Numbered from the whole stretch's first letter, positions 11,720 through 23,831 are shown. The stretch is 63,926 bases of DNA, filler included, from Octopus bimaculoides (GCF_001194135.2; 9 parts of 8 records of this genome joined end to end with filler, not necessarily neighbours in it), one strand, 5' to 3'. A program made the numbers and translations. Notes: generated by a model from the sequence alone, not told the origin.

Positions 11720-13527
11720 ATGCTGTGTATACAATAAGTAGCGAAAAAACAATTAACAAAGCAATTAGACAATAATAAATAATTCCCAAAAAGGAAGAAG
11801 TTCCTCACAGGGACAACCGAAGAACCCCACACATTCTGATTATCCCGACTGCTAGAGGCACCTCAGCAGGCGCCTCTATCCTCAACGCCTCCGATTTACA
11901 AACGAAAGTTCAAAGTAGGCCCATTCACACGGGTCATTCTCGCTACATGCATCCACTTTTGAGCAAATTTACTTGGGTGGGGGGGGGGAGAACTTCCCTC
12001 TCTACTCTCACTTACCTTTTCAAGCGAAACTTGAAAAAGTCGATGAGGGCTTGATCGAAGGGGAAAGTATCTATCTTCAGTCCTTTCAATCTCGTCCACC
12101 ACACTGCCTCCTTCGCCATAGCCACTGGACAGACAAAAACTGCCTTTCCTTTTCGGCCAAAGGAAGGTGGTGAGGCGATCTTCACGATGGACTCAGTTGA
12201 TAACTGGATCCATCTTACACGCGACAACTATTCGACAAAGCTCTGTATGTCAGTAATGCACGGACAATGGACAGTGCATGCAGGACGGTTTCGTCACTCT
12301 GCGCACCCCTCGGACATGTCCGTCTGACAACACTTCCGTGTCTGTAGAGCTTGTATCGAACCGGCAGAGCTCCCCGGTAGCACTAACAGGCCTGGGATTT
12401 CTAGAAGTTATCCATAGGCCTCGGCCCGAAAGTCCTCCAGAAAAAGGCCAGTTAATTGATCCCTCCCGACGCCCAGAGTTTTCCCGAGGACGCTGTTGCT
12501 ATTTCCCTCCACTAGAGCTATGAGTGCTTGCCAACACTCCAGGTGCCACGCGCCCTTTCTTATTTCTTTATTGCCCACAAGGAGCTAAACATAGAGGGGA
12601 CAAACAAGGACAGACAAAGGTATTAAGTCGATTACATCGACCCCAGTGCGTACCTGGTACTTAATTTATCGACCCCGAAAGGATGAAAAGCAAAGTCGAC
12701 CTCGGCGGAATTTGAACACAGAACGTAACGGCAGACGAAATACCGCTAAACATTTCACCCGGTGAGCTAACGATTCTGCCAGCACGCCGCCACGCGCCCT
12801 TTCTTGGTCTATGCTTGATCCAGGACTGTAGGTCCGTCAATGAGATGAGCTGCGGAAAATTATGTGTGACAAATGGCGATCACACCTGCTCACCGTTAAG
12901 AAAGCGCTGGAGATGTCATAGTCTCCGCACGTGTCTGCGCATTATTAGTTATGGTATACCCAGATGGACCACCTGACGAGCGGAACACGTCCCTTCCACA
13001 GAAAGCGGAAGACCAAGCGATCCAGCTTGATCAGCTACGAAGCAGGGCAAGGGATGGCGGTCAGGCGTTAGTAGATGACGCAAGCTGTGTACTCATTTGC
13101 CACTTCTGGCCGACCTTTCGGTGACAGCTTCCTCTCTGCCCATTTCTGGGTGAGATTGGCTACCCTGCTCGTCGCCTCCCCCCGCCAGTTCTTGTTCATC
13201 TGCTGGTCCGAACCAAACCAGACCCTTCCGTCCAGCGCCCTACAATGCTGTCGGTTGGCATGGACCTACCTCTCTAGGAGCCGAGCTGTAGACCCACCGA
13301 CTTGTCCTGGTCAATTTTTGCTCCTGTCATCGCTTCGTACTCCCTTAAGGTAGTGTCGATCACCTCGATTTCCGAGCTGTCCGACACTATTACGGTAACG
13401 TCCGCATATGCCGACACGAATCTTTTGCATCCTAAATCACGCGGGATACCCTCGAAATATACAACTTCCTTAGTAATATCCAACTTCCTACATGTATTGA
13501 TAGTCGACCCTGTCAAAAGCTTTAGAC
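11720..13527 (-). mobile_element. Tx1/L1-clade LINE ORF2 relic (RT C-terminus, zinc knuckle, 3' UTR)
   Basis: FVSAYADVTVIVSD...YEAMTGAKIDQDKSVGLQLGS (YADD region) and GALPVRYKLYRHGSVVRRTCPRGAQSDETVLHAL. Colinear and homologous with 62550-63926. Confidence 0.85.
12562..12791 (-). mobile_element. SINE family B, full length, tail type 1, with target-site duplication
   Basis: Flanked by the identical 17-mer gccacgcgccctttctt (12545-12561 and 12789-12805; partly overlapping the SINE ends). Inserted inside the Tx1 relic. Confidence 0.95.
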
Positions 13528-13579
<52 letters not shown>

Positions 13580-13779
13580 CCTTTCTACTAAAGGCACAAG
13601 GCCTGAAATTTGGTTGGAGGGGACTAGTCGATTATATCGACCCCAAGGTTTCGCTTGTACTTTATTTATCGACCCCAAAAGAATGAAAGGTAAGGTCGAC
13701 CTCGGCAGAATTTGAACTCAGATCGTGCAGACGAACGAAATGCCGCTAAGCATTTCGCTCGACTCTACCAGCTCACTGC
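13580..13779 (-). mobile_element. SINE family B, tail type 2 ending in (ATT)n
   Basis: Core gagttcaaattctgccgaggtcgac...ggggtcgataaa; tail caggccttgtgcc...gtagaaagg followed by (ATT)n. Confidence 0.9.
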
Positions 13780-13789
13780 TTCAGACAAT

Positions 13790-14409
13790 AATACTGAAAA
13801 TGTGATGCAACCACAAACATCTAAGAAACAAGATGAAGAAGAAAGAGTAAACAATTGGAAAATGAAATCACTGCATGAGCAATACTGCAGAGAAATCGAA
13901 GGAAAAGACAATATCAACACTTGGAGATGACTAAGAAAAAGTGATCTGATAGGATGCACTGAAGCATTGATATGCAGCGCCCAGGAACAAGCTCTGAGAA
14001 CCAAGTTCCTAATAGATAAGAGTAGCGAATCGCCCCTTTGTAGGATGTATGGCAGCAAAAACGAAACAATTTCACATATTGTGAGTGTATGAAGCTGGTC
14101 CAAAAGCACTACAAAAGGAGGCAGGATAACGTGGCTAAGTTCGTCCACTGGAGGCTATGTGAAAAGTACAGCCTGGACAGAGCACGGAAATAATACGAAC
14201 AAGAAATATAAGATACCTTGGGATTTTACAATCCAATATGACTCCCTAATCGAGGCCCGTAGACCAGATATTGTTGTAGCAGATAAAGGAAGAAAGGAAA
14301 CCAGGATTATAGATATTGCAATACCTGGGGATGCACGCATAAGTGACAAAGAACTTGAAAAAATTGAAAAATACAGACTACTAAAAGACGAAATTTCAAG
14401 AATGTAGAC

Positions 14410-14410
<1 letters not shown>
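13790..14410 (+). mobile_element. R4/Dong-clade LINE fragment (CCHC region plus restriction-like endonuclease)
   Basis: WKMKSLHEQYCREIEGK...EALICSAQEQALRT...YKIPWDFTIQYDSLIEARRPDIVVADKGRKETRIIDIAIPGDARISDKELEKIEKY; followed by (TAA)n. Confidence 0.9.
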
Positions 14411-14468
<58 letters not shown>

Positions 14469-14482
14469 TAATAATAATAATA

Positions 14483-14748
14483 ATCTGTAGAATATAAAGC
14501 AAGACATGACAGAGTTGGCCAGTATTTACACTGGACAATATGTCAGCATTATAAAATCAAAACCGCTGACAAATGGTATAAACCATCCTGAAGCTGTGAC
14601 TGAGGGAGAAAATGTATCGATTCTCTGGGACTTCCCCGTACATACTGACAAGACTATAAAAGCTAATAAACCGGATATTATTATAAAAGATCAGACAATG
14701 AAGACGTGTTTATTAATTGACATGAGTATTCCCTCTGATCATAATATA
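14483..14748 (+). mobile_element. R4/Dong-clade LINE fragment running into a gap
   Basis: YKARHDRVGQYLHWTICQHYKI...EAVTEGENVSILWDFPVHTDKTIKANKPDIIIKD...LLIDMSIPSDHNI; preceded by (TAA)n. Confidence 0.9.
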
Positions 14749-15370
14749 GNNNNNNNNNNNNNNNNNNNNNNNNNNNNNNNNNNNNNNNNNNNNNNNNNNN
14801 NNNNNNNNNNNNNNNNNNNNNNNNNNNNNNNNNNNNNNNNNNNNNNNNNNNNNNNNNNNNNNNNNNNNNNNNNNNNNNNNNNNNNNNNNNNNNNNNNNNN
14901 NNNNNNNNNNNNNNNNNNNNNNNNNNNNNNNNNNNNNNNNNNNNNNNNNNNNNNNNNNNNNNNNNNNNNNNNNNNNNNNNNNNNNNNNNNNNNNNNNNNN
15001 NNNNNNNNNNNNNNNNNNNNNNNNNNNNNNNNNNNNNNNNNNNNNNNNNNNNNNNNNNNNNNNNNNNNNNNNNNNNNNNNNNNNNNNNNNNNNNNNNNNN
15101 NNNNNNNNNNNNNNNNNNNNNNNNNNNNNNNNNNNNNNNNNNNNNNNNNNNNNNNNNNNNNNNNNNNNNNNNNNNNNNNNNNNNNNNNNNNNNNNNNNNN
15201 NNNNNNNNNNNNNNNNNNNNNNNNNNNNNNNNNNNNNNNNNNNNNNNNNNNNNGTAAACTGGGAATGCATACAACGAATTTCTCTGCCGTAGGTGTACGG
15301 AAAACACTCGGCGAGAAATGGAAGAAAATTTGAAGAAAGAAGAAAAAAACAACATAATAATAATAATAAT

Positions 15371-15581
15371 ACTTTCTACAATAGGCGCAAGGCCAGACAT
15401 TTTTGGGGAAGGACTGGTCGATTACATTGACTCCAGTGTTTCATTGGTACTTAATTTATCAACTCTGAAATGATGAAAGCCAAAATCGACGTCGGCGGAA
15501 TTTGAACCCAGAACGTAAAGACGGACGAAATGCCGCTAAGCATTTTACTCGGCGTGCTAACGATTCTACCAACTCGCTCGT
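15371..15581 (-). mobile_element. SINE family B, tail type 2
   Basis: Homologous to 13580-13779. Confidence 0.85.
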
Positions 15582-16808
15582 CTTAATAATGATGATGATG
15601 ATGATGATGATGATGATAATCAATATTCTAGTAATGTCAATGATACTGACGGTGATAATTTTGATTTATTTCACAGAAACAACACCTCAAATTTTATGCG
15701 AGGAGTGAAATGAGATTTTCTTCTATTCGTATCATTAAGGATTATGTGAAATGAACTGGGTTGAAGGCGGCGCCCCTTATTGGTTATCTTTTAGAATAAT
15801 GAAGTTATCATAGCAGTGTGAGAGATTTGTTACTCTGATGAGACTTGAGACTTTAATCTGAAATACAATTACAGATTTTGCTTGAGAAACAATCTGATCG
15901 GTGACGAAATTCTTCGAGAAAATTAATTTTATTAGAAATAATTTTAATTTAACTTTTTGGTAACAATGTGTTGAATCGAGTGAGAGAGAATCTAATCGAT
16001 GGTGAGCCAAGTAGTCGGATTGTCAATGATTCGCATCGTCTCACGCTGCAATTGTAACAGTTTTGTATGGCTCAGTTGACTAAGTTGTAAACAAGTACAA
16101 CAAGGAGAAGTTATTTACTGTTGTCGGGGAGTAATATCTCTATACCTGATGAACCTTTTGTTGCTGTTATTGCTGTTGTTTAACCCTTGGTCAGCACTGA
16201 TTGAACAGACCTATGATTAAAAGAATCCAACCATAACCATCTCGTCTTTTTACGGCGTATCTGGGACGGCATCATTATTCAATGCGTCCTCCTTTGTTTA
16301 GGACGCTGGTGTTTAATTTAAAGACGATCTAGCTTTTGACCATGTATAAGATCCCTGGTTAACTTGATAATAGTTTTATTGTTACTGTGGTTTATTATTT
16401 CTTTTAACCCAGTCTCATTTCTGTTNNNNNNNNNNNNNNNNNNNNNNNNNNNNNNNNNNNNNNNNNNNNNNNNNNNNNNNNNNNNNNNNNNNNNNNNNNN
16501 NNNNNNNNNNNNNNNNNNNNNNNNNNNNNNNNNNNNNNNNNNNNNNNNNNNNNNGACCTCATAAATCATATGACAACAAATTAAATTACTAACATAACAT
16601 AACTCTATAAATCAAACGATTATATATATGGACATATATGTCTGTATATATATATATGTAAGTATGTATTTGTGTGTGTATGTGTGTGTATGTATGTTAG
16701 GCATTGCTAGCTAGACTAATAACCTGGTGTAGAATTCAATACGCATATGCTTCAAAATGAAGCGTTAGTCGAGTACAGAGCGGTGATAAGAAAACGAGAT
16801 GACAAAGT

Positions 16809-17014
16809 AATAAACCATTACTTTATGATCTTCATTAGCTTACAGCTGTTTCTGCAATAAGATGCAGTGGACTCATAGTTGAGCGCCCGAGTAACGCATT
16901 ATAGCTTCATCTGAGCCTCGAATATGAAGTGCAATTGCATTCAACTATAAGTTCACTGCATCATTTAGCAGAAACGTCGGTAAGCTAATGAAGTTCATAA
17001 GGTAATCGTTTATT
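16809..17014. other. About 200-nt imperfect fold-back (inverted repeat)
   Basis: 16812-16843 pairs with 16980-17011 (29 of 32), gtttctgc with gcagaaac, and 16861-16882 with 16941-16962 (2 deviations). There is an inner CTTCAT/ATGAAG hairpin. Confidence 0.85.
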
Positions 17015-17031
17015 CCGTTGCCAACTCATTT

Positions 17032-17079
<48 letters not shown>

Positions 17080-17402
17080 TGGTATATATATAAACATAAT
17101 TTTAGATGTAGTATAACTCCAGTGATTCCATATATGCCATAACTTTACATATGTCATAACTTGTATATTACGTTTAAAGAATATAACTAAATATCGATAT
17201 ATTAAATTACTATAAAGTTACAAATCTCTAATGGGTAGATGCAGACGATTGAATGATGACTCCTACATGACTGGTAGCTATTTCATCAAAAAAGCGTAAA
17301 AGCCACCTCAGCGAGATTAGAAGAAAAAGTATAGGCTCATAACAAAATACTTTTACTGTTCACAAATAATTGTTGACGTTATCTATCTAAAAATAAATAG
17401 AT

Positions 17403-17545
17403 AGGCGCAGTCGTGGCTGTGTGGTAAGAAACTTGCTTCCCAACCACATGATTCCGGGTTCAGTCCCACTACGTGGAACCTCGGGCAAATGTCTTCTACT
17501 ATAGCCCCGAACCGTCCAATGCCTTGTGAGTCGATTTGGTTGAAC
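17403..17545 (+). mobile_element. SINE family A, 5' half
   Basis: aggcgcagtcgtggctgtgtggtaag (A-box-like)...gggttcagtccc (B-box-like)...gaaactgaaa, then a gap. Confidence 0.85.
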
Positions 17546-17567
17546 GAAACTGAAAAAATGCATATAT

Positions 17568-17667
17568 NNNNNNNNNNNNNNNNNNNNNNNNNNNNNNNNN
17601 NNNNNNNNNNNTTAATTAATTAANNNNNNNNNNNNNNNNNNNNNNNNNNNNNNNNNNNNNNNNNNNN
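17568..17667. other. Assembly spacer 44 N + TTAATTAATTAA + 44 N (8 copies)
   Basis: The 12-mer is at 17612, 23741, 26832, 33552, 44056, 46691, 58442 and 62494, always inside N runs; it gives stop codons in all six frames. Confidence 0.97.
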
Positions 17668-18762
17668 CATACACACGTGCTCACACACAAGCACATACAC
17701 ATATATTATCTAAGTAAATAGATACAGTCATATAAAAGTTAGACAGATCATTTATAGAAAATGGAAAATACCAAAAAACGCAGATTGATTGTTAGATAGA
17801 GAGTTAGATAAACAACTTAGATATATTGAGAAAATGGATAGGCAGTCAGATGAATGAATAGATAGCAGGATAAAGTGATAGAGAGATAGATATTTAGATG
17901 CCCAAGCTTCAAAAACACATTGGTAGACAAACAGACAAACAAGCATGTAGAAGGTTGAAGAACTTGCTAATTCTAACTGGTCTGGCGTGATGGGAGGAAT
18001 TCTTCTATCATAATGACTGATGATGAAGGAATCAGTGAAAAAGTATAAAGGTCAAAGAGATGATGTCATACAAGATAAAGAAACTGGCGGAAAGTTCAAA
18101 GGTTAAAAGAGATAAGGAGTCTTTCGTTATGATTACATACAGTATAATGTAGTAATTTGGTAACAGATTTGACAGCATAATTGAGAGACATTGAAAAAAA
18201 CCATGTGTACCTCGCTTTGAAGATATAAAGGGTATTGTCTTCAGCCGAAGAGGAACATGGAGAGAGCATGACTGTTTGTGGTAAATAGTCAAAAAGTTAT
18301 CTATTTAATAAGGTGTTGGGGGTAATCTTCGAGTACAGTCTCTCAAATCATTTTTACATGCTACTCCTTTCCTTTTACGAACACTTTTTCAACGAACCCC
18401 GACCCCGTAATGTGGTTGAATATCTTCTTTCAGGATAACGAAGAAAGTTACGTCACATGTTGAAGATCACTGATCTGGTATTTAGATTTTCGGAGTTTAC
18501 TGAAATTCTTGCGTTATACAATCAAGGAGATAAAATATTGCTGAAGCAGCTGTAGTTCTGCTTTAGTTTGTTTCTATTGAATAATTTTCTTTGTCGATCA
18601 TTAGTAGAGAAACTTTTATTTATTAGCATTGAAACGTGTTTAACTATGTTAGAATTTGACTTTTAAAATGAGAAAAGAACTCTTTTTGCTAGTTAGGCCG
18701 AGTGGGTAGAAGCACATTTGACTCTGTTTTTGACCTGCAATTGTATAAAATTTATTCTATAG

Positions 18763-18890
18763 GGCTTATTCCTTGTAAGCCTGGTAATTATTCTATCGGT
18801 CTTTTTTGGCGAACCGCTACGTTACGGAGACATAAACACACCAGCATCGGTCGTCAAGCGATGGTAGGGGGACAAACACAGACAAACACA
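18763..18890 (-). mobile_element. SINE family A, 3' half
   Basis: Reverse complement of gtttgtcccc...gcttgacgaccgatgctggtgtgtttatgtctccgtaac...gaccgatagaataa. Confidence 0.8.
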
Positions 18891-19193
18891 CACAAATATA
18901 TACATACATACAAATATATATATATATATGTGTNNNNNNNNNNNNNNNNNNNNNNNNNNNNNNNNNNNNNNNNNNNNNNNNNNNNNNNNNNNNNNNNNNN
19001 NNNNNNNNNNNNNNNNNNNNNNNNNNNNNNNNNNNNNNNNNNNNNNNNNNNNNNNNNNNNNNNNNNNNNNNNNNNNNNNNNNNNNNNNNNNNNNNNNNNN
19101 NNNNNNNNNNNNNNNNNNNNNNNNNNNNNNNNNNNNNNNNNNNNNNNNNNNNNNNNNNNNNNNNNNNNNNNNNNNNNNNNNNNNNNNNNNNNN

Positions 19194-19235
<42 letters not shown>

Positions 19236-19241
19236 TATTTT

Positions 19242-19446
19242 TGTGTCTCTGTTTGTCCACCTCCACGGCTTGACAACCGGTGTTGGTGTGTTTAGGTCTC
19301 CGTAAGATAGTGGTACGGCAAGAAAGACCGACAGAATAGTACCAGGTTTAAAAAGAAAATAAGTAGCTCGACTAAGATTCTTCAAGGGTGTGACCCAGTA
19401 TAGCCGCAGTCTAATGACTGAAACAAGTAAAAGATAAAAGATAAAA
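19242..19446 (+). mobile_element. SINE family A, 3' half
   Basis: gtttgtccacc...gcttgacaaccggtgttggtgtgttt...gactgaaacaagtaaaagataaaagataaaa. Confidence 0.85.
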
Positions 19447-19820
19447 TGACTGATTTAATGAGTTTTTTTTTTTGAGGGGAGCCGGTGAAGGGGTACATTA
19501 AGAATTAAGTGTCCGATTGGCAGTCATTAGAATGTCGGGTTGATTGCTTTGTGGTAATCGTTTCGCCTCTCTGCGCTCTGAGTTCAACAATTCCCAACGA
19601 GGATATATATATATATGTTTTCGAATCGATAAAATAAAATACATATCTTGCACTCTATCTATCAGTCACTTACCTATTCTTTCTTTTTCTTCCTTTCATC
19701 CACAGCCTTCTCTTTTTCTCTCCCTCTCCTCTCTCTCTTTCTCTCTTTCTTTCTTTCTCTCTGCCTCTCCCTCTTTTTCGCCTCCTGGAAGAAATTAAGT
19801 GTGGTCAGATCAAGAGAAAG

Positions 19821-19908
19821 ATGGGCTCCACCAAGTCTAAAACCTACTCCAAGACTAGCTGTAAGTCAGAGACGGCACCCATCCGTTTCCATCTACGAAT
19901 CGAGAGCC
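19821..19908 (+). CDS. Candidate first coding exon with N-myristoylation-like start (MGSTKSK...)
   Basis: aagATGG Kozak context; MGxxxS pattern; two phase-1 donors, GTAAGT at 19861 and GTGAGT at 19909; unique sequence. No downstream exon was identified. Confidence 0.3.
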
Positions 19909-20771
19909 GTGAGTAAATCAAAGCATCTTGTACAAGACAGGTATTGTCAGTTAATTAGCAAATGAAAATATTATTAACTTAATTACTGTAACAGTCATTT
20001 ATGGTATGTAAATGAAACCCGATATGTCTTCCCGGGACATTTTTCTAGTCAAAATGAAAACACCTTTTCTTTTGCAGGCGCACTTGTGTGTGTGTGTGTG
20101 TGTGTGTGTNNNNNNNNNNNNNNNNNNNNNNNNNNNNNNNNNNNNNNNNNNNNNNNNNNNNNNNNNNNNNNNNNNNNNNNNNNNNNNNNNNNNNNNNNNN
20201 NNNNNNNNNTATATATATATATATATATATATACACATGCATATAAATATATTTATATATATATATTTATATTTATATACATACACACATACAGACACCT
20301 AAATGTTTATATATGTGTATACTTACGTATAAATTAGCACAAATTAGTGAGAAGATTTCGCCTAATCTAAAACAAACCGTTATTATGAAGAACTCAATTA
20401 CTCTCAGCACACACTGGCTTTGTTTGTCTAGTAATGTTGTAAGTTTTTGCAGGGTTTTTTTTACTCCATTTTCCTTTCAGTTTTTATTCTATTTTTTTTC
20501 TTCTGTTTTTATTAATTATTTATTTATTTATTTTATTAAGAACTATCAATGTTTATATGTAGTTGGCTATAAAGACATACACTTCATCTGGCTGTGCACA
20601 AACATATATACATTCATAAATGTATGTCTACACTCACACACACGCGCGCAGAAATACACGCACACACATACTTACAGACACACACACGCATATATATGTG
20701 CTTCTGTGTGTGTGTGTGAAAGAATAGTAAATGACGGAAATGAATATCACACGCCTAATAAGTGTATTACA

Positions 20772-20940
20772 TATTTCGTCCGACTTTACGTTCTGAGTTC
20801 AAATTCCGCCGAGGTTGACTTTGCTTTTCATCCTTTCAGGGTCGATGAAACAAAATTCCAGTTGAAGAATAATGTTAATATAATCGACTTTAATCCCCTC
20901 CCCACAAATTTCAGGCCTTGTGTCTATTCAAGAAAGGATC
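20772..20940 (+). mobile_element. SINE family B, 5'-truncated, tail type 2
   Basis: acgttctgagttcaaattccgccgaggttgac...tttcaggccttgtg, then an (ATT/ATC)n tract. Confidence 0.85.
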
Positions 20941-20995
20941 ACTATTATTATTATCATCGTCCTCATCATCATAGTCGTCGTCATCGTCGTCGTCG

Positions 20996-21026
<31 letters not shown>

Positions 21027-21051
21027 TATCAAAATCATCATCATCATCATC

Positions 21052-21113
<62 letters not shown>

Positions 21114-21479
21114 NNNNNNNNNNNNNNNNNNNNNNNNNNNNNNNNNNNNNNNNNNNNNNNNNNNNNNNNNNNNNNNNNNNNNNNNNNNNNNNNNNNNNNN
21201 NNNNNNNNNNNNNNNNNNNNNNNNNNNNNNNNNNNNNNNNNNNNNNNNNNNNNNNNNNNNNNNNNNNNNNNNNNNNNNNNNNNNNNNNNNNNNNNNNNNN
21301 NNNNNNNNNNNNNNNNNNNNNNNNNNNNNNNNNNNNNNNNNNNNNNNNNNNNNNNNNNNNNNNNNNNNNNNNNNNNNNNNNNNGTACAAGGATCGATGTA
21401 ATCGACTAGACGCCTTCCGACAAATTCCAATCTTTGTGTCTTCAGCGGAAATGATTATTATTATTGTTATTATTATTAT

Positions 21480-21856
21480 TGCCTTTTCACAGCTTCTAAC
21501 ACTGGAGATGTACTACAGTGTCAGCTGTTCACTACCAGTGAACTAAGGTAACACCTCTCATTTTTCGAGCACCTTCGAGCGGTTCCTAGAAGTGCTGTTT
21601 TCTGCAAGTGCTCCGCCCTTATTGCAGCCCCTATTTGTTCCGTGATTTTTGCTCTCTTTTCCTAGGGATCTGACAATTATTGGTACTACTACCACCTTTT
21701 TCATCGACTACAACTCCTTAACCTCCCAAGCTAACCTGTCATATCTCTCGACTTTTCTTTCTTCTTTATCGCATACCTTGTTGTCAGCTGGGTATGCTAT
21801 ATCTATGATCCAGCATCGTTTGCTGTCTTTCTCAATTAAGACTATGTCCGGCTTCC
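21480..21856 (-). mobile_element. R4/Dong-clade LINE 3' end
   Basis: KPDIVLIEKDSKRCWIIDIAYPADNKVCDKEERKVERYDRLAWEVKEL*SMKKVVVVPIIV...HLQKTALLGTAR, then a 3' UTR and an (AAT)n tail. Confidence 0.85.
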
Positions 21857-22036
21857 AGAATCGCTAGCGCGCTGGATGAAATGCTTGGCAGAATTTCGCC
21901 CGTCGCTCTGTCCTGAGTTCAAATTCTGCCGAAGTCGACTTTGCCTTTCACCTTTTCGAGGTCGATAAATTAAGTACCAGTGAAACACTGGGGTCGATGC
22001 AATCGACTCATCCTCTCCCACCGAAGTTGCTGCCCT
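21857..22036 (+). mobile_element. SINE family B
   Basis: gtcctgagttcaaattctgccgaagtcgactttgcctttc...ggggtcgatgcaatcgac. Confidence 0.8.
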
Positions 22037-22058
22037 ATTATTATTATTATTATTGTTG

Positions 22059-22543
22059 TTCAGTAGTTTTATTTTTATAACGTGCTCTCACTTCACTACC
22101 GAGCGCAGCTCTGTGCGCCTTGGGTATGTGCTGTGGTTTGCTGTGGTGCTCTTATGTTTACTGTATTGAAAGTGTTTTGCGTAGAATGTGTGCAGTACCC
22201 AGTAGTGCAATTTTCTGTATGTTATATATATTTGTAAGTCCTGGTGTTTTTGTTATGTATTTGTCTGAATATTTTTTTATTATACCTAAGGCACCTACTA
22301 TGATAGGAATTGTTTCTGTTTTTAGACTCCACATTCGAGTTATCTCTATTTCCAGGTCTTTGTATTTTGAAAGTTTTTCCATTTCTTTTCGAGAAACGTT
22401 GTCATCCGCTGGTATTGATGCATCAATTAGAAAGCATTTTTTTTTTCTTCATGATCTTTGACAACTATATCTGGTCTATTTGCCTTAATGTCTCTATCTA
22501 CTATATCAGGTCTATTTGCCTTAATTTCTCTATCTACTATATC

Positions 22544-22544
<1 letters not shown>
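22059..22544 (-). mobile_element. R4/Dong-clade LINE 3' end, young copy
   Basis: IKANRPDIVVKDHEEKK...LSKYKDLEIEITRMWSLKTETIPIIVGALG...QKIALLGTAHILRKTLSIQ*. About 99% identical to 41992-42307; TAA-type repeats on both sides. Confidence 0.95.
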
Positions 22545-22589
<45 letters not shown>

Positions 22590-22700
22590 GTTATTATTAT
22601 TGTTATTATTATTATTATTATTGTTATTATTATTATTATTAATGATAATAACAATAACAACAACAACAACAACAACAACAACAATAATAATAATAATAAC

Positions 22701-22744
<44 letters not shown>

Positions 22745-22748
22745 TAAC

Positions 22749-22800
<52 letters not shown>

Positions 22801-23831
22801 GCGATGATAATTATATACTAAAATAGAAAGCAAAAGAATAACGCATCAAATACACACACACACACACACATGTACGCACACACACACATGTATGCACACA
22901 CACAAACACAAAAACATGAACAAACAAATACTAAAAAAAATCTAGAAAGATATACCGGGAGTAAATTAAGCGTGAAATCCTAACTCCAATAGTTGTATCG
23001 TTAGAGAAAATGGCGTCGTCTTCCTCCATTTTACATTTCCATTTAACACCGTTCAACACGTCAACATTTTCAAATCATGCGTGGCTTTGAGGTTTGCCTA
23101 AGGCTTTTGTTGTTGTACTTTAGTAGCTTTTCTTTTTGCTGTTATTGTTGTTGTTTCGCTTTCGTTAATGATAATTACTCTTTTTGTTGTTATTGTTGTT
23201 TAGTTTGCTACCAATTAAAACATTTTGTTTGTATTTTTCACGATAGTGATTATGATAATAATAATGATGACGATGGTGATAAGGATGGTATTTTTGATAT
23301 TATTGATGTTTAGCTTAGATGGTTCCGGCTTTTTTTTTTGTTTGCTTTGCATATTCTTATTATATAGAATATACAAACTCACACACACTCATATGGAAAC
23401 ACATACAATCTCTCTAACATACACATATATGCACATACGTCTATCTGGTATTGTTTTGTTTGCTCGAGCTCTAACTCTCCGCAAATCTGGCGGGTGCCGC
23501 CGATAAATGAAGTTCCTAATCTTATCGTTAAAGGCACGAAACTGAGTGTTAGTATTTTCGGTCGATAACTGATGAAGCATTGGGGTCTTTGTGTCTGTCC
23601 TATGTGCACGTTTTGTAGTATTTAATGCATTTTTCATATATGAAATAACTGAACGCCACGCATCTTGACTTTTGTAAACAGTAAGTTTGTATATATNNNN
23701 NNNNNNNNNNNNNNNNNNNNNNNNNNNNNNNNNNNNNNNNTTAATTAATTAANNNNNNNNNNNNNNNNNNNNNNNNNNNNNNNNNNNNNNNNNNNNTATA
23801 TATATATATATATATATATATATGCATAAAG

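Noticed and set aside
10624-11832. Long ORFs of 200-400 aa here and at 14506, 20313, 50612 and 55855
   Set aside because: They consist mostly of N gaps translated as X.
22427-22833. Poly-I/L/N/Y/M and VCVC/HTHT ORFs throughout the window
   Set aside because: Translations of (TAA)n, (CA)n, (TA)n and similar microsatellites.
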